DNA of 63,851 nucleotides, the filler included, from Lenisia limosa (taxonomy: Eukaryota; Protista; Breviatea), in NCBI GenBank assembly GCA_001655205.1. It is 8 parts of 8 records of this genome, joined end to end, with 100 filler letters (N's around TTAATTAATTAA, not from the genome) between each part and the next. Parts side by side here need not be neighbours in the genome. Positions count along the whole stretch, not along the records: positions 53,406 to 55,016 come from LPNZ01008079.1; positions 55,117 to 60,564 come from LPNZ01005749.1; positions 60,665 to 61,880 come from LPNZ01000836.1; positions 61,981 to 63,851 come from LPNZ01009566.1; 4 more parts are not named here. One strand, given 5' to 3'. A program made the translations under genes and the position numbers. Below are positions 53,306-63,851 of the stretch, in pieces. The notes beneath the pieces are model-generated. The model had not been told where the DNA came from and did no database searches. It was given only the letters and a program-made list of their open reading frames with translations. Position 1 is the stretch's first letter. Each line of letters opens with the position of its first letter.

Positions 53306-53761
53306 NNNNNNNNNNNNNNNNNNNNNNNNNNNNNNNNNNNNNNNNNNNNTTAATTAATTAANNNNNNNNNNNNNNNNNNNNNNNNNNNNNNNNNNNNNNN
53401 NNNNNCATTCCTTTCGTTTTGTATCATGGTAAGTGGGGGATGCGCTTGATATAAACAAAAAAAAAATACTATCAGTACCTGAGATCCTCCGCTTTTTGTT
53501 TTTTTGTGAAATCTGTGATGTGTCACAACCATAGGTGTTTTTCACGTTTACAACGATATTCGGCCGCGAGACCTATAAGGTGGACTGGTGAGGGGGCAAG
53601 TTGATCACTAGATTCTTTTTTCGAAATTCATATTTATGAGAATAAGACAATAATTATTCATAATCGTTGGATACCTCATAGATACCAACATAAATAGCTA
53701 CACCGATATGGATACCCTAAATGCAACTCCCATTTTCGCCTCATTACCCCCCTCCCCCACA

Positions 53762-54780
53762 GCTCCGTAGAGTCATGCCATGAAGAAACGGCCTTGTTCT
53801 CGACCGACATTTTCTTTGCCGCCCCCACCATGATCTTCAGTTTTGTATGCCATACTGCTCTGCTCCCCATCTTCAACGAACTCAAGGTCGGTTCCGGATG
53901 GTTGTTATAACGGGCGTCTCTTGCGTCCCAAAAAAGATTAAACTTCTCGATAAATATCGATATTTGACCGGTCTTTTTCGGACCATAGGGAAGCTCTAGT
54001 GGTTATATACAAATAAGGGCTCTTGGTCTAAAAAGGAGTAGTACTAAATCCAGTCACAATATAAGTGAAGCCTGCCCCCACCTGAATCGTATTTTTATAT
54101 AAGAGCCGATTTGATTCTAATAATGGAGGTGCTGGGATTGTTCATTCAGAAGCGGTAGTAACTCCGCAGAAAGGAACCCGGAAGCGGATGAATGGAGTGG
54201 CCAACTTCGCTGTTTTCGGCGCCTTTACNNNNNNNNNNNNNNNNNNNNNNNNNNNNNNNNNNNNNNNNNNNNNNNNNNNNNNNNNNNNNNNNNNNNNNNN
54301 NNNNNNNNNNNNNNNNNNNNNNNNNNNNNNNNNNNNNNNNNNNNNNNNNNNNNNNNNNNNNNNNNNNNNNNNNNNNNNNNNNNNNNNNNNNNNNNNNNNN
54401 NNTTGGCTTCTCATTTCTACACATTAATATGATATTCTCGCATAATTGGTCTTCATACATCATATTTCAGGCTTCTTACTTTGCCTACACAACCTTCTTC
54501 GGTGATGTTGAAAAGGACGTTTTGAACTCGTACCCGTCTGACGACCTTCATATCAAAACCCTCAAGGTTTGCTTTTTTAGCAGAACCATTGCTCCCCTCT
54601 CTCCATTGAGTATAGTGTGAATCATCCTTCCCTCTCATATCTCCTGTCTTTGAAATAAACAAAAAATATAGGAGTGCGATATCCTCCCACTGTTGACCTC
54701 CACAGTTTGCGTTTGTCGGTGCTGTGATTCTGACTATTCCCGTCATCCACTTCCCGGCTAGAAAGGTATGGGAGAATCTC
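53762..54780 (+). CDS. Amino-acid transporter, SLC38/Aa_trans family, internal fragment
   Basis: APTMIFSFVCHTALLPIFNELK; RKRMNGVANFAVFGAF; ASYFAYTTFFGDVEKDVLNSY; AVILTIPVIHFPARK. Confidence 0.85.
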
Positions 54781-55586
54781 CCCTGCATTATCAGTTATTT
54801 GGGCCGTTCTTTTCTAACAGCTAGGGAGCAAAAAATAGGTAGCTGCAATATTATCTAGAAATACAAAGAGTTGTTAAAGTGTTTTTCGTTCCATTTTAAC
54901 TTGCAATTTGTTTGTTTTGCTTTCACACCTCTTGTGTTTCGCAAATAGTTGCCAACTGAGTTGATTTAGGTTTATTTGTCATAAATTTTTTTTTTTTGTT
55001 TGTTTGTTTCATAAATNNNNNNNNNNNNNNNNNNNNNNNNNNNNNNNNNNNNNNNNNNNNTTAATTAATTAANNNNNNNNNNNNNNNNNNNNNNNNNNNN
55101 NNNNNNNNNNNNNNNNTCAGTGGGTTTTTTATCATATAGGATAAAAATATATATTTAAGATTTTAATTCTGATGTAAATGAGAGTTCACCGATTGAAGTT
55201 TTTAAACTATCAGAACTGATTTTATGGACAATTATATCGAAAATACTAAGAAACAAGTTTGAATATATAGTCTCTAATATGCATATATTAGTTTAAAAAT
55301 TTGCACATCTACCAATAATCAAATTTTGTTACTGGATATAAGTGTGTGTAAGTTGTCATAATCCTATCTGGCATTGTGAGATCTTGGAAGGTGTTTTTTA
55401 CCCCCCCCCCCTCAGCCTCATGTCAAGGACGAAGAGAAAAAGAAGTCATTGAAACGTTCTCTTAAATCCGAGTAAAAAAAGAGAGCTCTTTAAGAATGGT
55501 TGTATTATATCAATGTTTTGTAGTTTATTCTGTTTCTTCACTTCTTCCGATACATTTCTTGTACTATTTGTCATCAGGGAAAAAAG

Positions 55587-55704
55587 TAGGGCTCCGTGCA
55601 ATTATTTTTTTCGGAAATTAATTGACAAAATTAGAAATTAGTCTGAAATAGGGTTCTTCAAAATATGTAACACATCATTGTTCAATTAATTGCACGGAGC
55701 CCTA
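55587..55704. mobile_element. MITE family E (same TAGGGCT...AGCCCTA termini, different interior)
   Basis: TIR TAGGGCTCCGTGCAATTA / TAATTGCACGGAGCCCTA, 118 bp. Related copies at about 21995-22125 and 61690-61787, fragment at about 56190. No clear TSD at this copy. Confidence 0.8.
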
Positions 55705-56244
55705 GAAATTGTAATATATGTACATAATACATGTAATACTATTTTCTCATTGCAGTTACATGTAGTAGGGCTTCTCAAAATATCCATAGTTTTCGAGGAT
55801 TTATCGGGAATTTTTTTTTTTTGAACCTGAAGCCGTTACTATGGGGTAATTCCGATCTTCACAATTATGTAAATAGGGACACAGCTTTTTCTTAGAAATG
55901 CAAGCCAGTACCATTGTACCAATCAAAAAAGGTCAAATGAATAAATCCCATTGGAGCACTAAACAAGGCCGATAAAAACGTCTTGGAGGGACGGCAGCGA
56001 GATAGACCAATCCTGGGGAGGGGTGAAAGGAAAATATGAAAATTATGAAACAAACAAAACGAAAAAAAAGGAAAAAAAAAAAAACCATACTCTATCATCA
56101 TCCCCCCTCTCACTACCNNNNNNNNNNATAATTGACATAGTTTGAAAATAAAGTGTCAGAAATGGAGTTCCCATGACAATAGGTCTCACAATTAATTGCA
56201 CCGAGCCAGATTTAAATGAAAAAAAGACACTCCTCCCCACGGAA

Positions 56245-56445
56245 ATATCATTGATGAGATAATAAGAAATAAGATATCATTGATGAGATAATAAGAAATA
56301 AGATATCATTGATGAGATAATAAGAAATAAGATATCATCGATGATAATAAGAATAATAAGATATCATCGATGAATACTCAATGAGATAATAATATATTAT
56401 ATAATTAGGAGATATCATCGATGAGATAATTAGAAATAATATAAT
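56245..56445. repeat. Minisatellite, 29-bp unit, about 6 copies decaying 3'
   Basis: ATATCATTGATGAGATAATAAGAAATAAG at 56245, 56274, 56303 and onward. Confidence 0.9.
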
Positions 56446-57764
56446 TAGGGCTGACGTATGGTCCGAAAAAAGACGTTGAATATATCGATATTTATCCAGG
56501 ATTTATCGAGAGATTCGGTCTTTTTTTTTTATTTGACCAAAGGGACGCCCATAATTAGGGCTTCCCTAAAGTCTCAAAAAGACTGAATTTCTCGATAAAT
56601 CCTCGAAAACTATCAATATTGTACAGGTCTTTTCCGAACCAAAGTGAAAAACCAACATATTACATATAACGTTCAACAAAAAGACACCCCTCCCCTACAG
56701 TGATATCCTCAGGACCGTCACCGAAGGTTGCCACCAGTTCCGAGAGGTCAACAGAGGTGTCGTCAATACGCCAGCGTAAAATGGACTTCTTTGCTGGAAG
56801 CTGGGGGAGAGGGGTATGAGAAGTCATATGGTCGGTTTATTGCTGGAAATGTGAGCGATGCGGGGGGAGGGAGAGGGGTAAAACGAAGGAAATNNNNNNN
56901 NNNNNNNNNNNNNNNNNNNNNNNNNNNNNNNNNNNNNNNNNNNNNNNNNNNNNNNNNNNNNNNNNNNNNNNNNNNNNNNNNNNNNNNNNNNNNNNNNNNN
57001 NNNNNNNNNNNNNGAGAAATACTTGCTATTTTCCTCCTTTATTTTTAACTTTTGTTAAATAAGGAATTTAAACGTATTAAAAAGCCCTGTACCAAGTCTT
57101 AGGGCTATTATCGACCAAAACAGTTACAGTGACGAAGAGAGCGCTAGAAGCGAGATCTCAAACGCTTGGAGTGTTTCAAAGTAATACGACCACTTTGGTG
57201 CCTGAAATAGGTGATGTTATTGATGGTTGCCCCTTTTGAGTCTGGAACAGTGTGAACACATTAAGTTTGAGTACTGACGGACAATGTCTTCGTTTAAAGT
57301 TGCAGTGCCACCATTGTTGTTGTTCACCTTTTCACGGGTGCAAAACTATCCGCCGAGAGCCAAACTCGAGCCGAGATTAGGATTATATAATACACCCGTT
57401 GTAGTAGAGTAAAACTAATCAACTTTTGAAAAATGAATCTCTAAGACTGCTAAAGATTAGCGCTACGTCAGCTTTTATTAGTTGCTCTGGTAAGCCTATT
57501 AAATTAGGGGGTTTGAATAAACATGGAGGTGGGACATGGGGTNNNNNNNNNNNNNNNNNNNNNNNNNNNNNNNNNNNNNNNNNNNNNNNNNNNNNNNNNN
57601 NNNNNNNNNNNNNNNNNNNNNNNNNNNNNNNNNNNNNNNNNNNNNNNNNNNNNNNNNNNNNNNNNNNNNNNNNNGCGATAAAATGTGTAATGGAGGTGCG
57701 AAATTATAAATGGGGGTGGATGTTTGATTTTCAAGGAGGGACTGATCTGGTAATTATAGCTTAA

Positions 57765-58260
57765 CATCTCAAGCTCGAATTAGTTCAGGTTCTTAAAGAC
57801 GTCACCGTGTCAGCAGAGATGTCCGCGCTAAAAACGAACATGGCCGAAGTCGCTTCCCTCATGATGGATTTCATGGGGGTGGCTTCTAGACAAGTTGCCA
57901 GTCACTGAGTCTGCTCTGGAGTACATGAGTGACCTTGACGTGGTCAAGACAATAGGTTTCGAACCTATATCTTTCTCTGTCACTTGCAGTCAAGTGTGTG
58001 TGACAGGATTATCAAGAAGGCATCAAATAGACAAATAATCATCCTGATCATGGACGACATTGAAACTTTTGTCCTCCCCACACCAAAGACCAAGGAAGAG
58101 GCGACAGTGGATACTCTCGGTCTGTTCTACATAGGGCATTGCAGGATGTAAGATCCACCTTTGATTGTTGATTCTCTTGTGTCAAGCTTCGATCCGGAAA
58201 TACCGACCCAATGGACCCATTTTGCTGTGTTGTTCGTCGTCAACTAAGATTCAAGATTCA
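57765..58260 (+). pseudogene. Frameshifted coding-like fragment with a Walker-B-like strand
   Basis: LKLELVQVLKDV...MMDFMG / WLLDKLPVTESALEYMSDLDVVKT / VCDRIIKKASNRQIIILIMDDIETF occur in shifting frames with stops. Confidence 0.35.
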
Positions 58261-58483
58261 CCCTGAATTGGCTTCACCGAGAAATCACACCGAGAACCGT
58301 TGCTTGACCAAAACATTCTCTGAGATTTTTTTTGAGATTTTTTTTAAGTCTCCACAGTCGCATTGAGAAAAAGAAAAGGAAAATAATATCAAAATGAGAG
58401 AGAAATAAATTGAAGAATCAAGTTGTTGATAATGACAGACTGGATAATCTTAACACGTGGAAAGAGCAAAGCGGGCAAATAGT

Positions 58484-58613
58484 CAATAATAATAATAATA
58501 ATAACAAGAACAATAACAATAACAACAACAACAACAACAACAACAACAATAATAATAATAATAATAATAATCAGAAGAAGAAGAAGAAGAAGAAGAAGAA
58601 GAAGAAGAAGAAA
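58484..58613. repeat. Compound trinucleotide microsatellite (AAT)n(AAC)n(AAT)n(AAG)n
   Basis: Read directly from the sequence. Confidence 0.95.
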
Positions 58614-59232
58614 TATACGACAGTGCGCTTACCTCAGCCATTACTCTCACAGAGTTTTCAATGAATTTCCTAATGGGTGTTTCGTCACATCCCGCTTTGG
58701 TAGTAACAGTCAGCAAATGTCCCTTTTCTGGGGGGCAGAGGTAAAATGGACAATTTATGCAACAAACACAAAAAACCTGGGGAGAGAGCCAAAGATGGTG
58801 GAAAATAAGAAAAGTGAGTATCTAGCGGGTACGTTTCTGGTAAGTCCAAAAAACGAAGAAAAAATAAAATAAAAGAAAGATTGAAGAGTTGAGAAGGTTC
58901 ACCGAGAGTGGTTTTGAGCACCATTGCCTTATATATTTAACCAAGTTAGAAAAGCAATGTGCTTCAGTCATGTGTATGATATATCATACATATGTTTCAA
59001 TAAAGTTGTCCATAAAAAAGATTGAAGGCTCACCAAGAGTGGTTTTGAGCTGTAGAGCGGATCCAGTTGCCGCCACCACGCCTGAGGATAATATCACAAT
59101 ACGTTGCGAGAGGGCTTCAGCTTCCTCCATTAAATGCGTACATAATAGCGTTGCTCTGGAGGAGTTATGTGGAAATACGATGTTTTCAAGCTTTTATGGG
59201 TGATGGGCATGTATGATGTATAATAGTATGGC

Positions 59233-59333
59233 TAGGGCTTCAATTTGGTTGAAAAAATAATACTGAATTTCTCGATAAATCCACGTAAACTATCGATATT
59301 TTCCGGAATTTTTCGAACAGAAGTGAAGCCCTA
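59233..59333. mobile_element. hAT-type MITE, subfamily A
   Basis: TAGGGCTTCA...TGAAGCCCTA, 101 bp, TSD AGTATGGC / AGTGTGGC (7/8). Confidence 0.9.
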
Positions 59334-59662
59334 AGTGTGGCTCTAAAATGTGATGGGTATTATGAAAAAAAGGAAATATTAAAAATGGATGAAAAAGGTG
59401 CAATGTAGTATTACAGTAGGCAATGAAGAACACAAAGGAGGGGTTTCGGCAATTGAATAAAATATATACGGGTGTACACATGTAAATTAAGCGTTTTTNN
59501 NNNNNNNNNNNNNNNNNNNNNNNNNNNNNNNNNNNNNNNNNNNNNNNNNNNNNNNNNNNNNNNNNNNNNNNNNNNNNNNNNNNNNNNNNNNNNNNNNNNN
59601 NNNNNNNNNNNNNNNNNNNNNNNNNNNNNNNNNNNNNNNNNNNNNNNNNNNNNNNNNNNNNN

Positions 59663-59832
59663 CCCATCACCATCACCACCACCACCACCACCACCATCAC
59701 CATCACCACCATCATCACCATCATCATCACCATCATCACCATCATCACCATCATCACCATCATCATCATCATCATCATTATAATCATCATCACCATTGCC
59801 ATCATCATCACCCAACAACAACATCACCAACC
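59663..59832. repeat. (CAT/CAC)n degenerate microsatellite next to a gap
   Basis: Read directly from the sequence; it explains the poly-M, poly-D and poly-PS ORFs in the track. Confidence 0.9.
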
Positions 59833-60664
59833 ATAAAAACAGCCCACCATACCTCATCGAGAATAAGAACATCGGGGTCGCTAGACAGGGAAATAGCGAA
59901 GGACAGTCGCCTCTGTTGCCCACCACTGCATTTTGACGCCGCCTTTAAGGTGAGAGGGAAATATAGAAAAACAGTGATTTATTTTGAAAAAACAAATCTA
60001 CATATTAATTATTTATGTCGTCACACTTGCGAAGAAATTATATAGTCAGCCTTTAAGGCGAGAAACACGTGAAATGCAAAAAAAAATAGAGATGTGTAGC
60101 CTTAAGGGAGGGAGAAATCCGCAGTATTTTGAAGAGAGAGANNNNNNNNNNNNNNNNNNNNNNNNNNNNNNNNNNNNNNNNNNNNNNNNNNNNNNNNNNN
60201 NNNNNNNNNNNNNNNNNNNNNNNNNNNNNNNNNNNNNNNNNNNNNNNNNNNNNNNNNAATGGATCGCCGTCCAAATCAGTGACTCTCGCCAGGAGCTACA
60301 TGGGTAAATATTATACAAGAGTTTCGGTTACGTCCAAAATACATCTAAAATACCGATCTTGTCGAGGATTTATCGAGGATTTATCAAGGATTTATATAAT
60401 ATTGAAGATTTATCGAGACTTTATCAAGGACTTATCCAGGATATATGCACATCATTCAACCCCCATCCCACATACATATTATGTGCATTATTCAACTCCC
60501 CCTACCTGGGCCCCGGCTCCGAGGGCGTTGACAGGGCAGCCGTTGAGGGCCATAAACACCTCCANNNNNNNNNNNNNNNNNNNNNNNNNNNNNNNNNNNN
60601 NNNNNNNNTTAATTAATTAANNNNNNNNNNNNNNNNNNNNNNNNNNNNNNNNNNNNNNNNNNNN

Positions 60665-61430
60665 CGGTCCTCGATCTATACTGCGCGTTCTGATGAAACG
60701 GACTGTCTTTGTCCTGGTATGTTTCTTTGGGATTTGAGAAGGACGGTTGGGAAGATTTGTTTTGTCACCTATCTCTCTCTCTCTCTCTCTCTCCCCACTC
60801 CCAATCAGTAGTATACAATTTATTTTATGATATTTTCTCACTTTTCAGCGCATTTTGCTGATAATGGCAGTTCATGTGTCGAATGTGGCCCAGGTAAGTT
60901 GGTCTTCTTTTTTGAATAAGAGAAATAATAGAAGTTGGGAAATTAGTGGATGTTAAAAATATTTTGTTAAAAAAAATCCTGGTAGACGAGGGAATTAGTG
61001 GATTTGGTTTTGGTTGTTTTAAGGGCTTCACTTCGGTTAGAAAGCAGACTGAATAGAGGGATAGTCAGGGAATGATAGAATAGTTGTTACTTAACTACAC
61101 AAGAAGGACAAATAAACTGTGCATTTCTGTCCAGAAATTTCATGGATTATATTGCTATCCCCCCTCCCCCCTCGTTTTTTATTTGGAGTTTCAGATTATT
61201 CGGTTCGTGATTATTACCTTTACCCCAATATTCTTCATTGGAACTTCCTTTGTTTCACCCCCCCCCCANNNNNNNNNNNNNNNNNNNNNNNNNNNNNNNN
61301 NNNNNNNNNNNNNNNNNNNNNNNNNNNNNNNNNNNNNNNNNNNNNNNNNTACTGTTTTTTCCCTGACATACAATGCCTGCCTAAAATGCCCGGATCGCCA
61401 CGCTTGCGACGCTGGTGGAGCTACTTCGTA
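60665..61430 (+). CDS. Fragment of a Cys-rich repeat (GCC2/GCC3- or furin-like) extracellular protein
   Basis: Exons HFADNGSSCVECGPG| and TYNACLKCPDRHACDAGGATS| with good GTAAG donors. Confidence 0.5.
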
Positions 61431-61980
61431 AGGGGGGAAATAGATTGACGCTTCATTTCGGCATAAGCTTTGTTTTTGTTTTGTTTTTTCGTCTACTAAG
61501 TGTACATTTATGGAGAAATTGATAATAAATTCAATGGCAAGAGGGGTTTCGTGTGCTGGAGAAAGAGTATTATATATGTGATGGGTCAAAATGCGGATCA
61601 GTGGACAAAATGCGGATCAGTGGACAAAANNNNNNNNNNGTCGTGGCTGGAGTTCTGGGTATCCTCTCCCCCAGGTAAGATTGTTTTTTGTAAATTTTGA
61701 AGTGCAACATATTTTAAAGAAAACTCCATTTCAGACACGTTATTTCAAATTTTGGCAATTTCCTCAACAAATTAATTGCAGCCCTAGTAAAATTATTATT
61801 CTCCGCAGGACAGATTTTTTTATATATGTGATGGGTCAAAATGCGGATCAGTGGACAAAATGCGGATCAGTGGACAAAATNNNNNNNNNNNNNNNNNNNN
61901 NNNNNNNNNNNNNNNNNNNNNNNNTTAATTAATTAANNNNNNNNNNNNNNNNNNNNNNNNNNNNNNNNNNNNNNNNNNNN

Positions 61981-63450
61981 CAAAGCCACAATACGACCCC
62001 CCAGTGCTGCAATTCAAATACCCGCCGCCGCCGTCCACACCGAAATCCCCATCCAGAACCACGACGCCGCCAACTCGGTCATTCTCACAACCCGGCCAAA
62101 TCTTCCAACTTGCCCCACTTCCCGTCTCCCAGCCCCCTGCTAAGAATCCCCCAGCAAGTAAACCGGCTGTATCCTCTCCCGCTCCCGCTCCTCCTTCACC
62201 TCCCATGCCCCCGATACGGGATTCGAATTCGCCATCCCCCGAAAGTTCACAGGGTACCGAAGATGAGGAAGCGCCACGACCGCCGCTTTCGCTCTCAGCT
62301 CGACTGGCTTCTCTAACTGGCCTGCCCGAAATGCAGGCGGCAGCCCAACTCACTCCGCTGTCCAACATGTCGAACCTGAAGAGGAAGGTGTGATCTAATT
62401 ATCTGCTGTTCTTAGCCAAAGTGTTTGATTGTTATTAGGGCTTCACTTAAGTTCAAAAAAAGCCTGAATTTCTCGATTAACCTTCAATAAATATCGATGT
62501 TTTATCAGTCTTTTTCGAACCGAAATGAAGACCTAATTGTTATTTAACTTTTTTAGCTTCAGAATGAGCTTCAGGCCGATATGAAGCGCATGATGGAGGA
62601 AAGCAATAAAAAACGGAAAATGGAAGAAGAGTGGGGGGGGGGGGTNNNNNNNNNNNNNNNNNNNNNNNNNNNNNNNNNNNNNNNNNNNNNNNNNNNNNNN
62701 NNNNNNNNNNNNNNNNAACCGGGGTTATGGGTTTCATTTCACTTTAACTGTTTCTAGGATCCGAGAAAGGAAGATGTTAGAGTCCCAAAGGGCATTCGCT
62801 GAATCCCAGTACGCCCAATATTGTTTTTCAAATATTGTTTTTTTTATTTGCAACTCACTATTTCAATTGCTACTTGTTCTGATAAGAGCTTCCCAATGGC
62901 CCCATAAAAGACGATTTATAGGTTAATCTTATCTCATATCGAAATTTTCGCGACTTTTTTCGGACATAAGGCAAATTTTGTTACGTATTACAATATCATA
63001 TACTAATACTTGTACATACTATCGTCTCTTCACCTGCTCATTCGACCAGTCCACATGGAATCGTTTCATTTGCGTATCCAGTTCAAACTACATTGTTGCT
63101 GCACTTTACCCCACAGGCGTCGACTGGAGGAGATGCGAAGAGCAAGAGAAGACGACGCCAAACGGTGGGAAGGGGGGCTTCATCCTTGTTAAAAGGGGGC
63201 AGTTATTTAAAAAAATTCCTAAAGTTTTTATTTGGGTTGCGGGTTTTCACCCCCAAGAATCTATCGCATTTGTACAAGTGGAAACACTGCCGGGATTATC
63301 TTATTTGTTGACCATGATGAATCCTGGTTAACCATGCCCCCTTGCATCCTTGTTAACCATGCAGGTTACAGTTCCGGTCGAGGGTAAACGTGGAGACCGC
63401 ACAACGAAGCGCTCTTCGGCTTTCAGCCTCCGCAGCCATTCTGAGTGACT
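61981..63450 (+). CDS. Proline-rich plus coiled-coil protein fragment, unknown function
   Basis: P/S-rich exon to 62387, then spliced NELQADMKRMMEESNKKRKMEE, IRERKMLESQRAFAESQ and RRLEEMRRAREDDAKRWE. Confidence 0.55.
62436..62535. mobile_element. hAT-type MITE, subfamily A
   Basis: TIRs TAGGGCTTCACTT(CG)GTTC(G)AAAAAAG / GTCTTTTTCGAACCGAA(G)TGAAG(C)CCTA; perfect 8-bp TSD ATTGTTAT. Other copies at about 9665-9760, 16361-16449, 16813-16910, 17333-17430, 19025-19123, 20591-20674, 23189-23286, 42636-42718, 49505-49566 (partial) and 61021 (left half). Confidence 0.9.
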
Positions 63451-63851
63451 TCGAAAAATTCGTGGGGGGGTATTGTATTGAATGGAGGAACTAATTTTGT
63501 CAATGGTTGGTTTTTTTCATTTTCTGGCTTCAACGTTGTGTTTTTTTGAGCAATGAATATTTATCTACATCTGGGTGAATATATTGTTCACCAACGCCAA
63601 CTCTAACCTCCCAGTTGGACTCATAGACAGACATTTGTGATCGTTGCGTTCTGTTTCTTGTACTGATTTCGTGTTTCTTGTAATTTTGTTTCTATTTAAT
63701 GCAGTGGTTTCCATTTAATATGGGAGGGCTCCTTTGAGAATGCACAAGATATTCACACTCTGATTGTCTACTCCAAATTCTTTCGTATCACTGTTGCAAA
63801 CAAACAGTCAACAAAGATGGATCTAGGAAGTAAAAAAACTGGAATGTAAAT

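Noticed and set aside
58410-59926. ORFs with poly-N/K, poly-S/Y/C, poly-M and poly-D tracts
   Set aside because: Translations of microsatellites with no supporting exon structure.
61590-61880. 19-bp repeats as a CRISPR array
   Set aside because: Units are directly adjacent with no spacers, and the DNA is eukaryotic with no cas genes.

Overview
Eukaryotic nuclear DNA from a compact, intron-rich, protist-like genome with AT-rich introns and GC-richer exons. The species cannot be assigned from this window. The window is not contiguous: seven artificial 100-nt spacers (44 N + TTAATTAATTAA + 44 N) join eight unrelated scaffolds, and many internal N gaps sit next to G/C homopolymers. The supplied ORF track mostly shows single exons or noise, so genes were rebuilt by hand with GT-AG splicing. 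Recognisable genes are LSm6, a PHD-finger protein, a TmcB-like membrane protein, a papain-family protease, a probable BAR protein, a macro-domain protein, DnaJ, polyubiquitin, USP20/33, a CTDSPL2-like phosphatase, cytoplasmic dynein-1 intermediate chain, a GLTSCR1/BICRA-like protein, HP1 and an SLC38-type transporter. All coordinates of multi-exon genes are approximate. The most striking non-coding signal is a dense population of tiny intronic repeats: about 100-bp hAT-type MITEs (TAGGGCT...AGCCCTA, 8-bp TSD, at least 20 copies), about 78-bp Tc1/mariner-type MITEs (TA TSD), and a TIR-less repeat of about 85 bp that repeatedly starts at or next to 5' splice sites (introner or intronic ncRNA candidate). 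Many introns also have G-rich 5' ends and C-rich 3' ends. No tRNA, rRNA, CRISPR array or intact transposase was found.
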